DNA of 64,000 nt, taken from the IMG/VR virus record IMGVR_UViG_3300049139_000197. The stretch is one strand, 5' to 3'. The notes under the pieces are model-generated. The model worked only from the letters and a program-made list of their open reading frames with translations, was not told the DNA's origin and did no database searches. The translations under genes and the position numbers were made by a program. The DNA comes from an uncultured virus (IMG/VR IMGVR_UViG_3300049139_000197). Its lineage: Duplodnaviria; Heunggongvirae; Uroviricota; Caudoviricetes. Shown here piece after piece: positions 29,163 through 39,579 of the stretch; within the stretch, counting starts at the first letter, position 1, and each line of letters opens with the position of its first letter.

Positions 29163-30308
29163 TCAAGCCGTTGAGACGGTCTGCCTGGCGCGATGCTGGG
29201 TCAGCACCTCGTACAGCCTTTCCAGCTCTTCCGGGGGCATCTTGTGGATCAGACACTGGCCAGCAAACACCCCGTCCTCATAGGGGAATCGTGTGGCCGG
29301 CCGGTCCAGCACATCCGCCTCCGGACTAGCAGCAACCGGCTGGGACGGCTGAGCAGGCACTGCGGGCGCATCCTGCTGGCCCGGCTCTCGCGCAGGCGCC
29401 TCACGCACTTCGGGCGCCTGCGGGGACGGTTCTGCGGGGCGGGCGGGTGGAGACTGCGTTACGGGCTCTGGGGCCGGGTCGTGTTTTACGGCCGTAAAAC
29501 TCTCCGGCCGAACGGCTGGCGCGGCCGGCGGCACGAGAGCCTCCGGTGCAGATGCCGCGGGGGGAGCAGTCGCTTGGGTCTTGCTGGCCCTGCGCGCGGC
29601 TGCACGAGCCGCTGCCGCGGCCGCCCGCCGCTCCTGCTCCTCCTCCCACCACGCCAACTGCTCAGCAGGCCCCCACGCCTTGTCCCGGGACAGCTTGCCC
29701 AGCGACCGGGCCGCATCAAGAGGGATGGCCTTCGTGCGGACCAGGTCCTGCACTTCGCGGGCAAGGTGGGTGAGCAGGACCCGTTGTGTGACCCAGCCGT
29801 CGACTCGGTCGAAGTGCTGGGCGACGGCACGGTTGGAGCCGAACTCGGCAACGAGGGCCTGCACGGCGTAGGCCTCTTCGACGGGGTCGAAGTTCTGCCG
29901 GTCGACGTTCTCGGAGACGACCGCTTCCAGGAACGTCTTGCGGTCGGTGGCGACGTTGTCGTCGGCGACGCAGTTGAGACTGTGCAGACCGACCAGGGTC
30001 GCGGCTCGGAAGCGCCGTTCGCCGGATACGAGAACGTAGTCGACATCGCTGATGCGGTCGGCGTGGTCTGGCCACAGCTTCAGGTAGGCGCCGCGGCTGA
30101 CGACTGGGCAGGCCTGGATCTGTCGGCGGGCCAGGCTCTTGCCGAAGTCAATCAGCTGGTCTTCGGTGCCGAAGTCTTTACGCGGGTTGACCAGGTTGGC
30201 GGCAAGCCGGCCGAGGGGTACTCGGTAGAGGCGGCCGTCGGCGCGAGTGTCGACGACGGTGGTGTCTTCGTCGTCGCCGAAGAAGTCGTCGAAGTCGTCC
30301 CGCGCCAT
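29163..30308 (-). CDS. parB: ParB-family partition protein
   Basis: NPRKDF...LARRQIQ...YVLVSGERRFRAA...ENVDRQNFDPVEEA, plus HTH; coupled to parA. Confidence 0.9.
   Translation of the reverse strand: MARDDFDDFFGDDEDTTVVDTRADGRLYRVPLGRLAANLVNPRKDFGTEDQLIDFGKSLARRQIQACPVVSRGAYLKLWPDHADRISDVDYVLVSGERRFRAATLVGLHSLNCVADDNVATDRKTFLEAVVSENVDRQNFDPVEEAYAVQALVAEFGSNRAVAQHFDRVDGWVTQRVLLTHLAREVQDLVRTKAIPLDAARSLGKLSRDKAWGPAEQLAWWEEEQERRAAAAAARAAARRASKTQATAPPAASAPEALVPPAAPAVRPESFTAVKHDPAPEPVTQSPPARPAEPSPQAPEVREAPAREPGQQDAPAVPAQPSQPVAASPEADVLDRPATRFPYEDGVFAGQCLIHKMPPEELERLYEVLTQHRARQTVSTA
29483..29500. promoter_or_regulatory. parS-like palindrome GTTTTACGGCCGTAAAAC (inside parB)
   Basis: Perfect 18-bp palindrome that occurs three times around parAB. 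Confidence 0.75.
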
Positions 30309-31036
30309 CACCGGGCTCCTGCGTGCTTCTGTCGGCGCAGCTGGTGCTCGAGGGCCAGGGCCATGAAGTCCTGCTTGGCGTTGGCGGCGCTGCGGTTGGG
30401 CTCGTACTGGGTGCAGAACCGTCCGCTGGTGATGCCGCGGGCGTGCGGCTTGTAGTGGCGGATGGTCGTGTTGTAGAGCTCCCAGCCGACCTTCTTCACC
30501 ATGTTCTGGGTCTTCTCGAGGTCGGCTTCCGTGTCGCGAGGGTCCCAGTTGCTGATGAGGACGCCGTAGGGGATCTGCCGGGGCAGGACGACCCGTTGGA
30601 TGGTGGTCTTGGTGGGGGTGAAGCCGGCGCCTTCGGCTTCGAGGGGGACGATGACGTCGTCGGCGATGTCGAGGATGGCTCGTAGAGAGTCGCCGACGGT
30701 TCCGTCTCCCAGAGGGTCGATGGACTCGTCGGACACCTTGCCTTTGAGCGGCATGAAGCCGGGGGTGTCGACGATGATGATGTCGGCCTTGGCGCGGCGA
30801 AGACGCCGAAGGTTGTCGACGTTGTCGCTGGCGTCGACGACTCGGAAGGGGACGGGGCGTCCGGCCTTCTCGACCTTGTCGGCCCATTCGATGCTGGTGC
30901 CCTGTGGGTCTATTGAGACGACCGCTACGGACTGGTCTCCGCCGAGGATCTCCGCGTAGACGGCGGCTAGGTTGACCGTGATGGTCGACTTGCCGACCCC
31001 GCCCTTCTGGTTCAAGAGCACGGTGATGTAGGGCAT
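30308..31036 (-). CDS. parA: ParA-family partition ATPase
   Basis: NQKGGVGKSTITVNLA Walker A; IDPQG; IIVDTPG. Confidence 0.95.
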   Translation of the reverse strand: MPYITVLLNQKGGVGKSTITVNLAAVYAEILGGDQSVAVVSIDPQGTSIEWADKVEKAGRPVPFRVVDASDNVDNLRRLRRAKADIIIVDTPGFMPLKGKVSDESIDPLGDGTVGDSLRAILDIADDVIVPLEAEGAGFTPTKTTIQRVVLPRQIPYGVLISNWDPRDTEADLEKTQNMVKKVGWELYNTTIRHYKPHARGITSGRFCTQYEPNRSAANAKQDFMALALEHQLRRQKHAGAR

Positions 31037-31135
31037 GTTCGTTCTCCGATTACTTCCCGAGGTTCCGGTACTTCGGACGGGGAGCATCCTGCCAGATGGT
31101 GTGCTGGTGGTCGGAGAGGTGTCCCGAGGCGTCGC

Positions 31136-31227
31136 GTGTTTTACGGCCGTAAAACACGGCTGGGGCTGGCGCCATGGGCGCGCCGAGGGTCCCGGAGCGA
31201 GGTGGGAGTTTTACGGCCGTAAAACTC
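31136..31227. promoter_or_regulatory. two parS-like palindromes upstream of parA
   Basis: GTGTTTTACGGCCGTAAAACAC (31136-31157) and GAGTTTTACGGCCGTAAAACTC (31206-31227). Confidence 0.8.
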
Positions 31228-31602
31228 AGTCGTCGTCCTCGAGGTCGTCGTCGCTCTCGTAGGGCTGCCCGTCGGTGTACTGAGGCTCGCGGAACAGGTC
31301 GCCGCGTTCCCACAAGGGGCGGACGCGTATGGCCTCGGCGGGGGTTGTGGTGGTGGGCATGGGGTTCCCCTCTCAGTCCTGTACGGCCAGTGCGCCGAGC
31401 TGGAGCGCCCAGCGGGCGTAGGCGTTGAGCCAGGCCTGCTCTCGTGCTTCTTCCTCGCGGTGCCAGTCGGGCGGGTAGGTGAGGCCGGGGATGGTGTCGG
31501 GCTGGGTGTCGGGGTAGTCGGCGAGGGTGAGCATGGGCGGCTCCGTTCGTGCGCGGTGATCGCTCACACGGTGCACCAGAACCAGCCCGGTGTTCCCCCG
31601 GC

Positions 31603-32022
31603 TCAGGACTGGGCGAGCAGCGTCCGAATCCACTCAGCGTCAGACTCGGCGACGTGCGCCCCGGCGGACCGTTCGACGTACAGGCGGATCGGCTGCCCGT
31701 CACCGTCACGCTCGGAGCCGACGCGGACGTGCCAGGGCTGGGATCCGGCGTCGGCGGGCGTGTGACCGTCGGGGCAGTGGGGGCAGTCCCCGGCCAGGGC
31801 TTCCTCGGGGTCGTCCCAGACGATGACCGTGTGGCCGCCGTGCCCGTGGACCGCTTCGGCATGAGCCAGGTCGTCCCAGAAGACGGTGGAGGGGCGTTCG
31901 CCGCGCCAGCGGATGGACAGGGTCCCGTCAGGCCACAGGACGCCGTCAGCGACGCGGCCAGTACCAGATGCGCCCGTGATGTCGACGGTGCGCTGGAGGT
32001 GGAAGCGGCGGGGCTGGGTCAT
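31603..32022 (-). CDS. conserved actinophage hypothetical protein
   Basis: RRFHLQR..DITGASGTGRVADGVLWPDG...VHGHGG motif. Confidence 0.7.
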   Translation of the reverse strand: MTQPRRFHLQRTVDITGASGTGRVADGVLWPDGTLSIRWRGERPSTVFWDDLAHAEAVHGHGGHTVIVWDDPEEALAGDCPHCPDGHTPADAGSQPWHVRVGSERDGDGQPIRLYVERSAGAHVAESDAEWIRTLLAQS

Positions 32023-32303
32023 CGGGCGTCTCCTAGCGGCAGAAGGGTCATGGTTCCGGTGCACTTCCGGTGGGCGATGTAGCGGCTATAGGGCTGCTCG
32101 CATTTGAAGCAGCCGGGGCCTTCGAGGGTGAGGAGGTTCTCGTGGTCGAGGAGTCCGATGCCGGGGTCTTCGCCGCGGTTGAGGCGACGGATCGCGTCGT
32201 CGCTGACGCGGTACATGGTGAGGATGGTCCACAGGTGTTCGCCGGGTCCGGGGTCGGTGAGCTGGGCGCCGATCTTGGTGGGGGGTACGGGAACCTGCGT
32301 CAT
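32019..32303 (-). CDS. hypothetical protein
   Basis: AAGGAG RBS; ATGA coupling. Confidence 0.6.
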   Translation of the reverse strand: MTQVPVPPTKIGAQLTDPGPGEHLWTILTMYRVSDDAIRRLNRGEDPGIGLLDHENLLTLEGPGCFKCEQPYSRYIAHRKCTGTMTLLPLGDAR

Positions 32304-32365
32304 GGCTGCTCCTTGAGGGCGTGTGGGTTTACGGTCTCGCGGATCCGGCGGGGCGTTCCCCCGGC

Positions 32366-33151
32366 TCAGGCGACGTCGAAGGCTCGGCGGGGTTCGGTGA
32401 GGTCGGCGGCTTCGCGACGCTTGCGGGCGATCGCTGCGGCGATGGACGCCTCGAGGCTCCCGGGCTCGGGACCGGTCTTCTGGTCGAGCTCGGCCCACAT
32501 GGCTTCGCGGTGCTCGGACTCGGGCTGCCGCTTGGCGCGGAGGGCTGCTTCCTGAGCCCTTATGGCCTCAAGGACGCGGGGGTCTTTCGGCTGGTGTTCG
32601 GGGCGGTGGGTGAGTGCGGCTTCGAGGGTGGCCCGGTATCCGGGGGATGCGGTCTCGCGAGTCTTCACGGGCCCAGCCGGCTGACCCTGCTCAGTGTCTG
32701 CGGCGGCGGCCGCAGTAGCGCCGGTGAGGTTGCCGACGGGCAAGACGCGGATGGTACGGACGATGGGGCGGCCCATCTTGTCGTTGATCTGCTTGGCGAG
32801 CTGCCCGCCGAGAATCCGCAACTGGGCGGCGTAGGCGTGGGAGGCGGGGCGCAGGTCGAGCCGGCCGCGGGTCTCGTCGTAGGCGGCGGGTTCGACGCAG
32901 CCGACGTACTGGGGGCACAGCTGCGGCCACTGGTCGATGACGCTGCCGCCGCTGATGCTCGCCTCCCAGCCCTGTTCGCCGGTGAGTTTGGTGAGGATGC
33001 TGCCGAGGCCTTGGGGGTCGCGGCCTTCCCCGCGGGCCGGCCGGGGTCCGCGGCGGGTCTTCTTGGTGGGCTGGGTGGGGGTGCTCTTGGCGTTGGCGCG
33101 GGCGTTGGCGAGCGCCTGGCGGGCGAGGTCGGCCCCAGAGAACTCGGTCAT
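32366..33151 (-). CDS. DciA / DUF721-like protein
   Basis: GADLARQAL...GRDPQGLGSIL...GW...VIDQWP...L.L...SHAYAAQLR...LAKQIN pattern. Confidence 0.7.
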   Translation of the reverse strand: MTEFSGADLARQALANARANAKSTPTQPTKKTRRGPRPARGEGRDPQGLGSILTKLTGEQGWEASISGGSVIDQWPQLCPQYVGCVEPAAYDETRGRLDLRPASHAYAAQLRILGGQLAKQINDKMGRPIVRTIRVLPVGNLTGATAAAAADTEQGQPAGPVKTRETASPGYRATLEAALTHRPEHQPKDPRVLEAIRAQEAALRAKRQPESEHREAMWAELDQKTGPEPGSLEASIAAAIARKRREAADLTEPRRAFDVA

Positions 33152-33407
33152 GCCTGGTCTCCTTCAGGGCGCGGCTTGTCGTAGGCGCTGAGCTGGGTCC
33201 GTGGCTCCCGTCCGGCGCGTCCTTCGTCCCAGCCCCAGCGGTAGAGCTCTGCTGCCTGGTCGCTCAGGTCGTTCCAGTCCGGGGTCCGGCACAGGATGCA
33301 CAGGCGCACACTGATCGGCTGTCCGCCGAGGAGGCGGACCTCGTAGGCGTGATCACAGACGTTGAGTGCTACTCGCTCGGGGTTCTGGTTCTCCACGGCG
33401 GTTCTCC

Positions 33408-34898
33408 TCAGAAGGCGGGGGCGTAGGTGGCGTTGCGGGCGGCGATGGCCTCGAGCGCGAGGGCCTGGTCGACGAGCTGGTGGGTGTACAGGCGGCGGGC
33501 CTCGAGTTCCGGGAGGCCGGCGGCGATGGCGCCGGTGATGACCGTGGGGTCGGCGAGGGCTTCGGCGCGGCAGGCCGCTACGAGTTCGCGGTCCAGGTCC
33601 TCGAGGGCGGTGTCTTCTCCGGCGGCGATCTCGTGGCATGCGGTGTCGTCGATGGGGCCGGCGGCGATCTGCCGGGTGCGCTGGAGGGCTTCGCGCATCA
33701 GGTCCCGCACGTCCACGGTGCTCGGGCCCTGAACGTCGTGCTGGCTCGTCTCGGCGTGGCGGGCCTGCTCCTGGACGCGGGACTCCTGCCACGCCAGGAC
33801 CGCGGTCTGACGGCGGTCGGGGGTGGTGTAGAGCCGGTGGAGGTTGCTGAGCCGGTCGGCGAGCAGCCCGGACGGGCGACGAACTTCAGCGGCGAGGATG
33901 GGGCGCTCCTGCTCGGCGATCGCCTGCACCTCGAGAGCAGTCCACCCAGCATCAGCAACATGCCGGACGATCCACGCCAGGCGCGGCACTGCCGCCTTCC
34001 CGAGCCACGGCACCATTTGCTTCAGCTCACGGGCGAGCTGGTAGCGGCGGCCGACCTTGTTCAGCTTGCGCGGCCCGCTCTTTGACGACTTGGGGGTGGG
34101 GGACTTGGCTTCCCCGCTTGCGAGCTTTGCCTCAGAGGGAGAGTGAGTACCAGCTGTAGAAGAGCCAGTTGAGGTACCACCCTGCATTGGGGTGCAAAGC
34201 CGTTCGGCCGAAGAAGACTTGCGGCGGGGCCGGCGGCGGGCCTTCCTGGCGGCCTTCTTCGCGAGCTTCCCCAGGGTGCTGCGGTGCTCCTCGGCGGCCC
34301 CTACCGGGCGGCGCGTTGCACCCTCACCGACCGTGCGGATCCCGAGTGCCTCATCGAACTCGACGGGGATGACACGCTCGAAGACCGACGCGCGGCCGCC
34401 GACGCCCTGGATGCGGGTGCCCTTGGAGCGGTACACGAGCAGCCCGGCCTCACGCAGCATGCCGAGGTGGTACTGCACGGTGCGCTCGGCGACCTTCAAC
34501 TTACGGGCGAGGTAGGCGACACCGGGCCGGCACTCCTTCAGCGCGGAGATCTCCTGCGCGATGGCGATGGTCGTCGGGCCCCACTTCGGGCCGTGAGCGC
34601 GGGAGGGGGTGTAGAGGCCGGATCCGGCGACCCAGTGGACGGCTTGCATCCAGGAGTGGGCGCAGGTGGCGATGCGGCCGGTCGTGGCGTGCAGCCACTG
34701 GGCGGCTGCGAACACCTGGAGGCTGCCGCCACGACCGTGACCGTCACTGTAGTCGTACGCGTGTTCGGTTTCGGGGGTGGGTGTGTGCGTGTCGTGTGTC
34801 GGCTGGGGGCAGTGGGTGTCGTCCGTCTTGGGGGAGATAAGCCGCGAATCGCCCGTACGAGGGGAGGGAAGCTGACAACTAAGGGTGCGCTCAGGCAC
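33408..34898 (-). CDS. putative plasmid-type replication initiator (winged HTH)
   Basis: CRPGVAYLARKLKVAERTVQYHLGMLREAGLL HTH; lies upstream of the DciA-like gene and parAB; start uncertain. Confidence 0.6.
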   Translation of the reverse strand: MPERTLSCQLPSPRTGDSRLISPKTDDTHCPQPTHDTHTPTPETEHAYDYSDGHGRGGSLQVFAAAQWLHATTGRIATCAHSWMQAVHWVAGSGLYTPSRAHGPKWGPTTIAIAQEISALKECRPGVAYLARKLKVAERTVQYHLGMLREAGLLVYRSKGTRIQGVGGRASVFERVIPVEFDEALGIRTVGEGATRRPVGAAEEHRSTLGKLAKKAARKARRRPRRKSSSAERLCTPMQGGTSTGSSTAGTHSPSEAKLASGEAKSPTPKSSKSGPRKLNKVGRRYQLARELKQMVPWLGKAAVPRLAWIVRHVADAGWTALEVQAIAEQERPILAAEVRRPSGLLADRLSNLHRLYTTPDRRQTAVLAWQESRVQEQARHAETSQHDVQGPSTVDVRDLMREALQRTRQIAAGPIDDTACHEIAAGEDTALEDLDRELVAACRAEALADPTVITGAIAAGLPELEARRLYTHQLVDQALALEAIAARNATYAPAF

Positions 34899-35149
34899 TA
34901 TGGATCCCGTCTTCTTCGTGAGGGCACAAAAGGGCCCCCAACTCGGGTGGTCTTGGTTCTGGCGAACCTTTGAAAGTCGCTCACCGGGGTGGCACCCGAT
35001 GGGCCTTAGCTCGGTCCTGGCAGACCGGGCCGTGGTACGAGGCCGTGAACTCCGGCCGGTGGGTGGCACCACCAAACGGACTCAGCGGCCAGGCGGTTGA
35101 GGAAGCTCCCCTGGCAGGGGGAGCGGGAACCTCCCGCCCCAGCTACTCG

Positions 35150-35579
35150 CTACGTCATCTGCTTCCTCTCGGGTGGATCGCTCTTGGCCGTCCGCCAGGC
35201 GCCCAGACTGGTAACGCCCTGATTCACGGAGTCGGCACGGTCAGCAGCCGCCAGAAGCGCCATCGCAAGGCGACGGGCATCGGTGGGGCGCATGGGGATG
35301 AAGTCCAACTGGCGCTCCCAGTCGTCCTTCACGTAGGGGTCCGGTTGGGCGACGTACACGCAGTCGCTGGTCTCTGAATCGTCCACGGCCCGCACGAGCC
35401 AAAGGGGAGGCGTGGTGGCGAAGGGCGCGTCCTGCACGATGCGCCACTCGTGTCCGGCCATGCCGTGCTCGGGCGGGTTGATGACATCGGGCTTGGGTCG
35501 TTCCGCGCTGTCGGCGACGGCGACCAAGCGGCGCAGCTCGTTGCGGATGTCGGCCAGGGACAGGTCTTCGACGCTCATC
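35150..35579 (-). CDS. hypothetical protein
   Basis: MSVEDL start after GGGAGG; ends DARRLAMALLAAAD. Confidence 0.6.
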
Positions 35580-35967
35580 GCTCGCCTCCCGTCCATCCGT
35601 AGCCCTCAGCGAGGAGGCGGATCGTGGCACACGGGTAGTACGGGTAGTCACCCGTTACCTCGCACACCGCGCAGGCGTCTGCCATCTCGCTGGTCATCTC
35701 AACCGGCTTGTGGAGCTCCAGCAGCTTCCGGTCGGCGGCGCAGCGACGCAGGACCGCCTCTGGGCTGTTGTGGATGATGTGCTCTGCGATCTCGTCGCTC
35801 AGCGCCTGGAACCAGACGACGCCATCGTCCGAGACACGCACCACGTCCGTGTCGACCGGCCGAACCCAGCGGGGGCCGTAGGAGCGAGCGGCTTCTTGGG
35901 CGGCTTCCTCGCGTGCGGTGATGGCGCGGTCCAGCCAGGCGAGGAGGTCCTCGCCCTGGGCGGTCAC
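35575..35967 (-). CDS. DUF6221-like phage protein
   Basis: LLAWLDRAI...HIIHNSPEAVLRRCAADRKLL.LH...YPCATIRLLA. Confidence 0.75.
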   Translation of the reverse strand: MTAQGEDLLAWLDRAITAREEAAQEAARSYGPRWVRPVDTDVVRVSDDGVVWFQALSDEIAEHIIHNSPEAVLRRCAADRKLLELHKPVEMTSEMADACAVCEVTGDYPYYPCATIRLLAEGYGWTGGER

Positions 35968-36302
35968 GCGACTGAGGAGATAGAAGGGACAGTGGCCGAA
36001 ACGCTCAACACCGGTGTGATCTTCACGGTGGAGATTCGGGTCTCACTGTCTGAACCGGGAACACCCCGGGTACTCTGGGCCATGTCGGCACCTCTACTTC
36101 GCAAGGGTCGTGGTGTCGGCCCGGCCTCGCACCAGGTGTTACCAGCACCTGGACCACTGCGGGGCCGTTCCTTTTTTGTCTTGTGGCGGCAGACGACCGA
36201 ATCTGAGTGCTCGTCTGGCGCAGGCACCAGCCTACCCGTTGACCTCACCATGTGTCCCACCTTCTTCCCTGGTGTCTCAGTACGACTTATCGCACCGGAA
36301 GT

Positions 36303-36728
36303 TCAGTGCTCTCGGCCCTGCTCACCGTCCGCCGGATGTACCGACTCCGGCGCCACCAACCTCCGCGACCGGGCCACCGAACCGCCCATCGCCACATAGC
36401 CAATCTCCGCATACTGGCCCGCCACCCGGTCCATCTCATCCCGGTACAGGCGAGGCGACGCCGACCGACGGCCCGCATGCAGACCCACCGCCAGAGCCCG
36501 GTCCCAGATCTGCTGCACCACCGCCGGATCCACCCCAGGGAACAGATCCTGCGGCAGCCGGTCCGGACGGCCCACCGTCTCCAACTGGCCGTTCGCCAAC
36601 AGGCCCGCGAGGAACTGGCCCGACGACATCGCCCGGCCCGTGAACACCGAGTCAGCGCGCATCACCTGGAACCCGGCAGCCTCATCAGCGGACGGAACAG
36701 GGGCCGGGGCGGGGGTCGTGTCGGTCAT
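36303..36728 (-). CDS. hypothetical protein
   Basis: GAAGGAG RBS before MTDTTPA. Confidence 0.65.
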   Translation of the reverse strand: MTDTTPAPAPVPSADEAAGFQVMRADSVFTGRAMSSGQFLAGLLANGQLETVGRPDRLPQDLFPGVDPAVVQQIWDRALAVGLHAGRRSASPRLYRDEMDRVAGQYAEIGYVAMGGSVARSRRLVAPESVHPADGEQGREH

Positions 36729-36981
36729 GCGCGGTTCTCCTTCGAAGGCTGTTCGTTGTGGCACGTACAGGGGCAGTCCGTCTCGCCCTGCTCGCAGCAG
36801 GACACCCAGGAGCCGGACACGAAGTGCTTGCCGACCACGTGAACGCCACGGTCCTTCAGGACGGAACACGTCACGCGGTTCAGCCTGCTGGTCATTCGGT
36901 CCGTACGCGGCAACTCAAACGGTGGCCGCCCACAGCACGAGGTGAGGCCAGAGCCGTCAGGCGGGGATGCATGCACCGTGC

Positions 36982-37827
36982 TCACGCAGCGGCCTCCAGG
37001 TGGGCGTTGGTGTCGGGGAACAGGTCATGCACTTCGGCGAGGTCGGTCAGCTCCGCTTCCCACAGGGCGAGCTGGCCGTCGATGTCGGTGAACCGGTCAC
37101 GGCGCGGCCGCGGAACCCGCACCGGCTCATACGGGCCCGGCTCCGGCAGTGCAGGCCGCGATGAGGTGACGGGCGCCGGGTCGGGCTCCGGCGGGGTAGG
37201 CATCCGCGTGGGCGGCGGGATCGCCGGCACACCACCCTCATCCGCCACCACCGCGACGCCGTCCAGAAGCCCCCGCTCAGCCGCGGCCGCCAGCAGCTGC
37301 CCCCGCGTCGCCGTGCGCGGCAGGCCCAGCAGCGTCACCAGATTCGACCGCTGCCAATTCGCCGTCCGCACGTCCACCCCGGCCCGCTCCGCCACCTCGT
37401 AGGGGTCCCACACCGAGGCGAACGCCCTGAGGACGGCCTGCTTCTGCGGAGTCGCGAACCGACGGTCGGGAGCAGCCGGCGCAGCATGCCGCGCCGCAAT
37501 CAGCGCCTTATGCCGCGCCAACGCCGTCTCACCACCCCAGATCCCATCCGGCTCCGCCAACCGGCCGTCCGCCGTGATGGAGTTCGCGTACGCCGCGCAC
37601 TGCACCATCACCGCACAGCCGAAGCACACATCGATCGCAGCCGCCTGCCGGGCCTCCCGCTCCTTCTGCGGCTCACTGCCCTCCCGGTCCACCCCCGACC
37701 ACGCATCCAGCGTCAGATCGAGGTTCCCCGCCGCGCGCAGCGGCTCGTCCACGTCGGGGGCACACCCGCGGTACCTGAACCGGGGGTGCTCCTCCCATGC
37801 CTTCCTGAGAGCGATCGAATCGGTCAT
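36982..37827 (-). CDS. divergent WhiB-like protein fused to an HTH region
   Basis: C...AAIDVCFGCAVMVQC...GIWGGET followed by EVAERAGVDVRTANWQ. Confidence 0.7.
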   Translation of the reverse strand: MTDSIALRKAWEEHPRFRYRGCAPDVDEPLRAAGNLDLTLDAWSGVDREGSEPQKEREARQAAAIDVCFGCAVMVQCAAYANSITADGRLAEPDGIWGGETALARHKALIAARHAAPAAPDRRFATPQKQAVLRAFASVWDPYEVAERAGVDVRTANWQRSNLVTLLGLPRTATRGQLLAAAAERGLLDGVAVVADEGGVPAIPPPTRMPTPPEPDPAPVTSSRPALPEPGPYEPVRVPRPRRDRFTDIDGQLALWEAELTDLAEVHDLFPDTNAHLEAAA

Positions 37828-38177
37828 CGGGGGCCTCCTCCCGTGGTGGGCTCTATTCGGGTCGAGCGGGCAAGGACTTCGTCGTCCGGCGCGTGGCCAG
37901 CGGTCGCAGGAGGGGCGGCCTGGCGGATCTCGCGGTCCAGGCGGCGCCGGAACTCCAACACCTGGGCATGCAGCGCGGCGTTATCCCGCGACTCACAGCC
38001 AGCCATCAGCCGCTGCGCCGTCGCCTCACGCTCCAGACGACGACACCGGCGATGCATCACCACGCAGACGACAGCGGATACGGAAACCGCCGCGGCGAGC
38101 GCCGCGGCGGCAGTGAACGTTCGAACAGGCACGACACTCACCTCTCTCTGGGAAGGGATGTGCGGACAGGACCGGCG

Positions 38178-38426
38178 TCAGGACCGGTACAAGGAACTCG
38201 TACGCGCCGCCACGTTCTCGGCGGCCTCCGCGGCGTCCAGGGCCGCGTTGTCGTGCGCCTCCTGCTGCGCCGTCGACAACGCCCGCCACGACGCCAGCAC
38301 CTCAGGCCGGCGCGAGTACGCCGACGGACGCCGCCGCTCCCACCACACGGCCAGCACAGTGCCGACAACGGAAACCATCAGGATCGCCGGGATCACCCAG
38401 CGCTGCGGGTCAGAGAAATCGGGCAT
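38178..38426 (-). CDS. small membrane protein
   Basis: One hydrophobic segment; GGAG RBS. Confidence 0.55.
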   Translation of the reverse strand: MPDFSDPQRWVIPAILMVSVVGTVLAVWWERRRPSAYSRRPEVLASWRALSTAQQEAHDNAALDAAEAAENVAARTSSLYRS

Positions 38427-38522
38427 GACGGAGCTCCGTTCGGCGACAGCCGTAGAAGTGGTGGAACGAGGCGCCCCAAGACGGGCACTTCGGTGGGCCC
38501 GCGCGGGCGGACCCGGGTGTTT

Positions 38523-39579
38523 TCAGGCGGCAGCCGCGTCCGTGTCAGTGGCGCGGGCCGGGATGCCGTGAGCAGCGGCGAAGACGTGCTGTGCGAGCAG
38601 GCACGGGACGGCGTTGCCGATCTGCTCGAACTGCTTCGTCCTGCTCCCGCGCCACGGATGGCCCGCCGGGAAGGACTGCAGAAGGGCCGCGTCCTGGACG
38701 GACAGGCGGATCGTGTCCCGGCGGCCGCCCCGGTAGGCGGGAAGGTCATCCGCGTCCACGATGCGCGTGCAGTCGATCCAACGGCCCGCGTCCCGCTCCC
38801 CGTACAGCGTCGCCCGGGCACCGGAGCCGCCAACACACGACGGGTCCGGCCCGCCCGCAGCCGTACCCACCGCGACAGTGAGAGCCGGACGGTGAGTCAT
38901 ACCCCAGCCGATCGCATCGGCCATCGACACCCACGGCAGCAGCCCGAGCGCGCCCTGGCCTTGCGGGTCTCCCTTCCGGTAGCGCTGGTGCGTCGGCTCC
39001 GGCAGCTTCACCTCACGGTCCAGCGACGCCATCAGGAACGCGCGCACCCGAGTCTGCGGAACTCCGTACTCCTCAGCCGACAACCGGCCAGGCCACCGCG
39101 CTGTAGCCCTCCGCGTGCAGGATCTCGGCGAATGCCTCCCAGACCGGCAGCACCGTCGCCACCTGCTCCAGCACGATCGTCTGGAACGGGCGCCCGGCAT
39201 CCAAAGCCTGGAGAGCCCACCGCAGCGGCTCCAGCACCAGACCGGTCCGGTCATCGTCGAAGCCCTCCAGGGCCAGCGCGATGCTCTGCCGGGCAACCAG
39301 CTGCTGCGCCAGGTCCAGGACCGTGTCCAGGGCCTTCCGGCCGCGCCCCTTCCCGCCCACAGAGAACGGCTGGCAAGGAGGGGACCCGGCCAGGTCGGTC
39401 GCCTCCGGGAAGTCGTTGGGACCGTACGCGCGCACGTCCCCTTCCACTGTTCCGAGACCGGCCGCGCGCCGGGTCTCGCAGGCCGAACGGTCCCGCTCGA
39501 TCCCGACAACCTCCAGCCCGAGTTGCCGGGCGCCCACGTCCAGGCCGCCCGGACCAGCGAACAAGTCGACGGTGGTCAT
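38523..39579 (-). pseudogene. C5 DNA cytosine methyltransferase with an internal frameshift near 39090
   Basis: DLFAGPGG, SPPCQPFS and LEQV in one frame; YGVPQTRVR and QIGNAVP in another. Confidence 0.8.
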
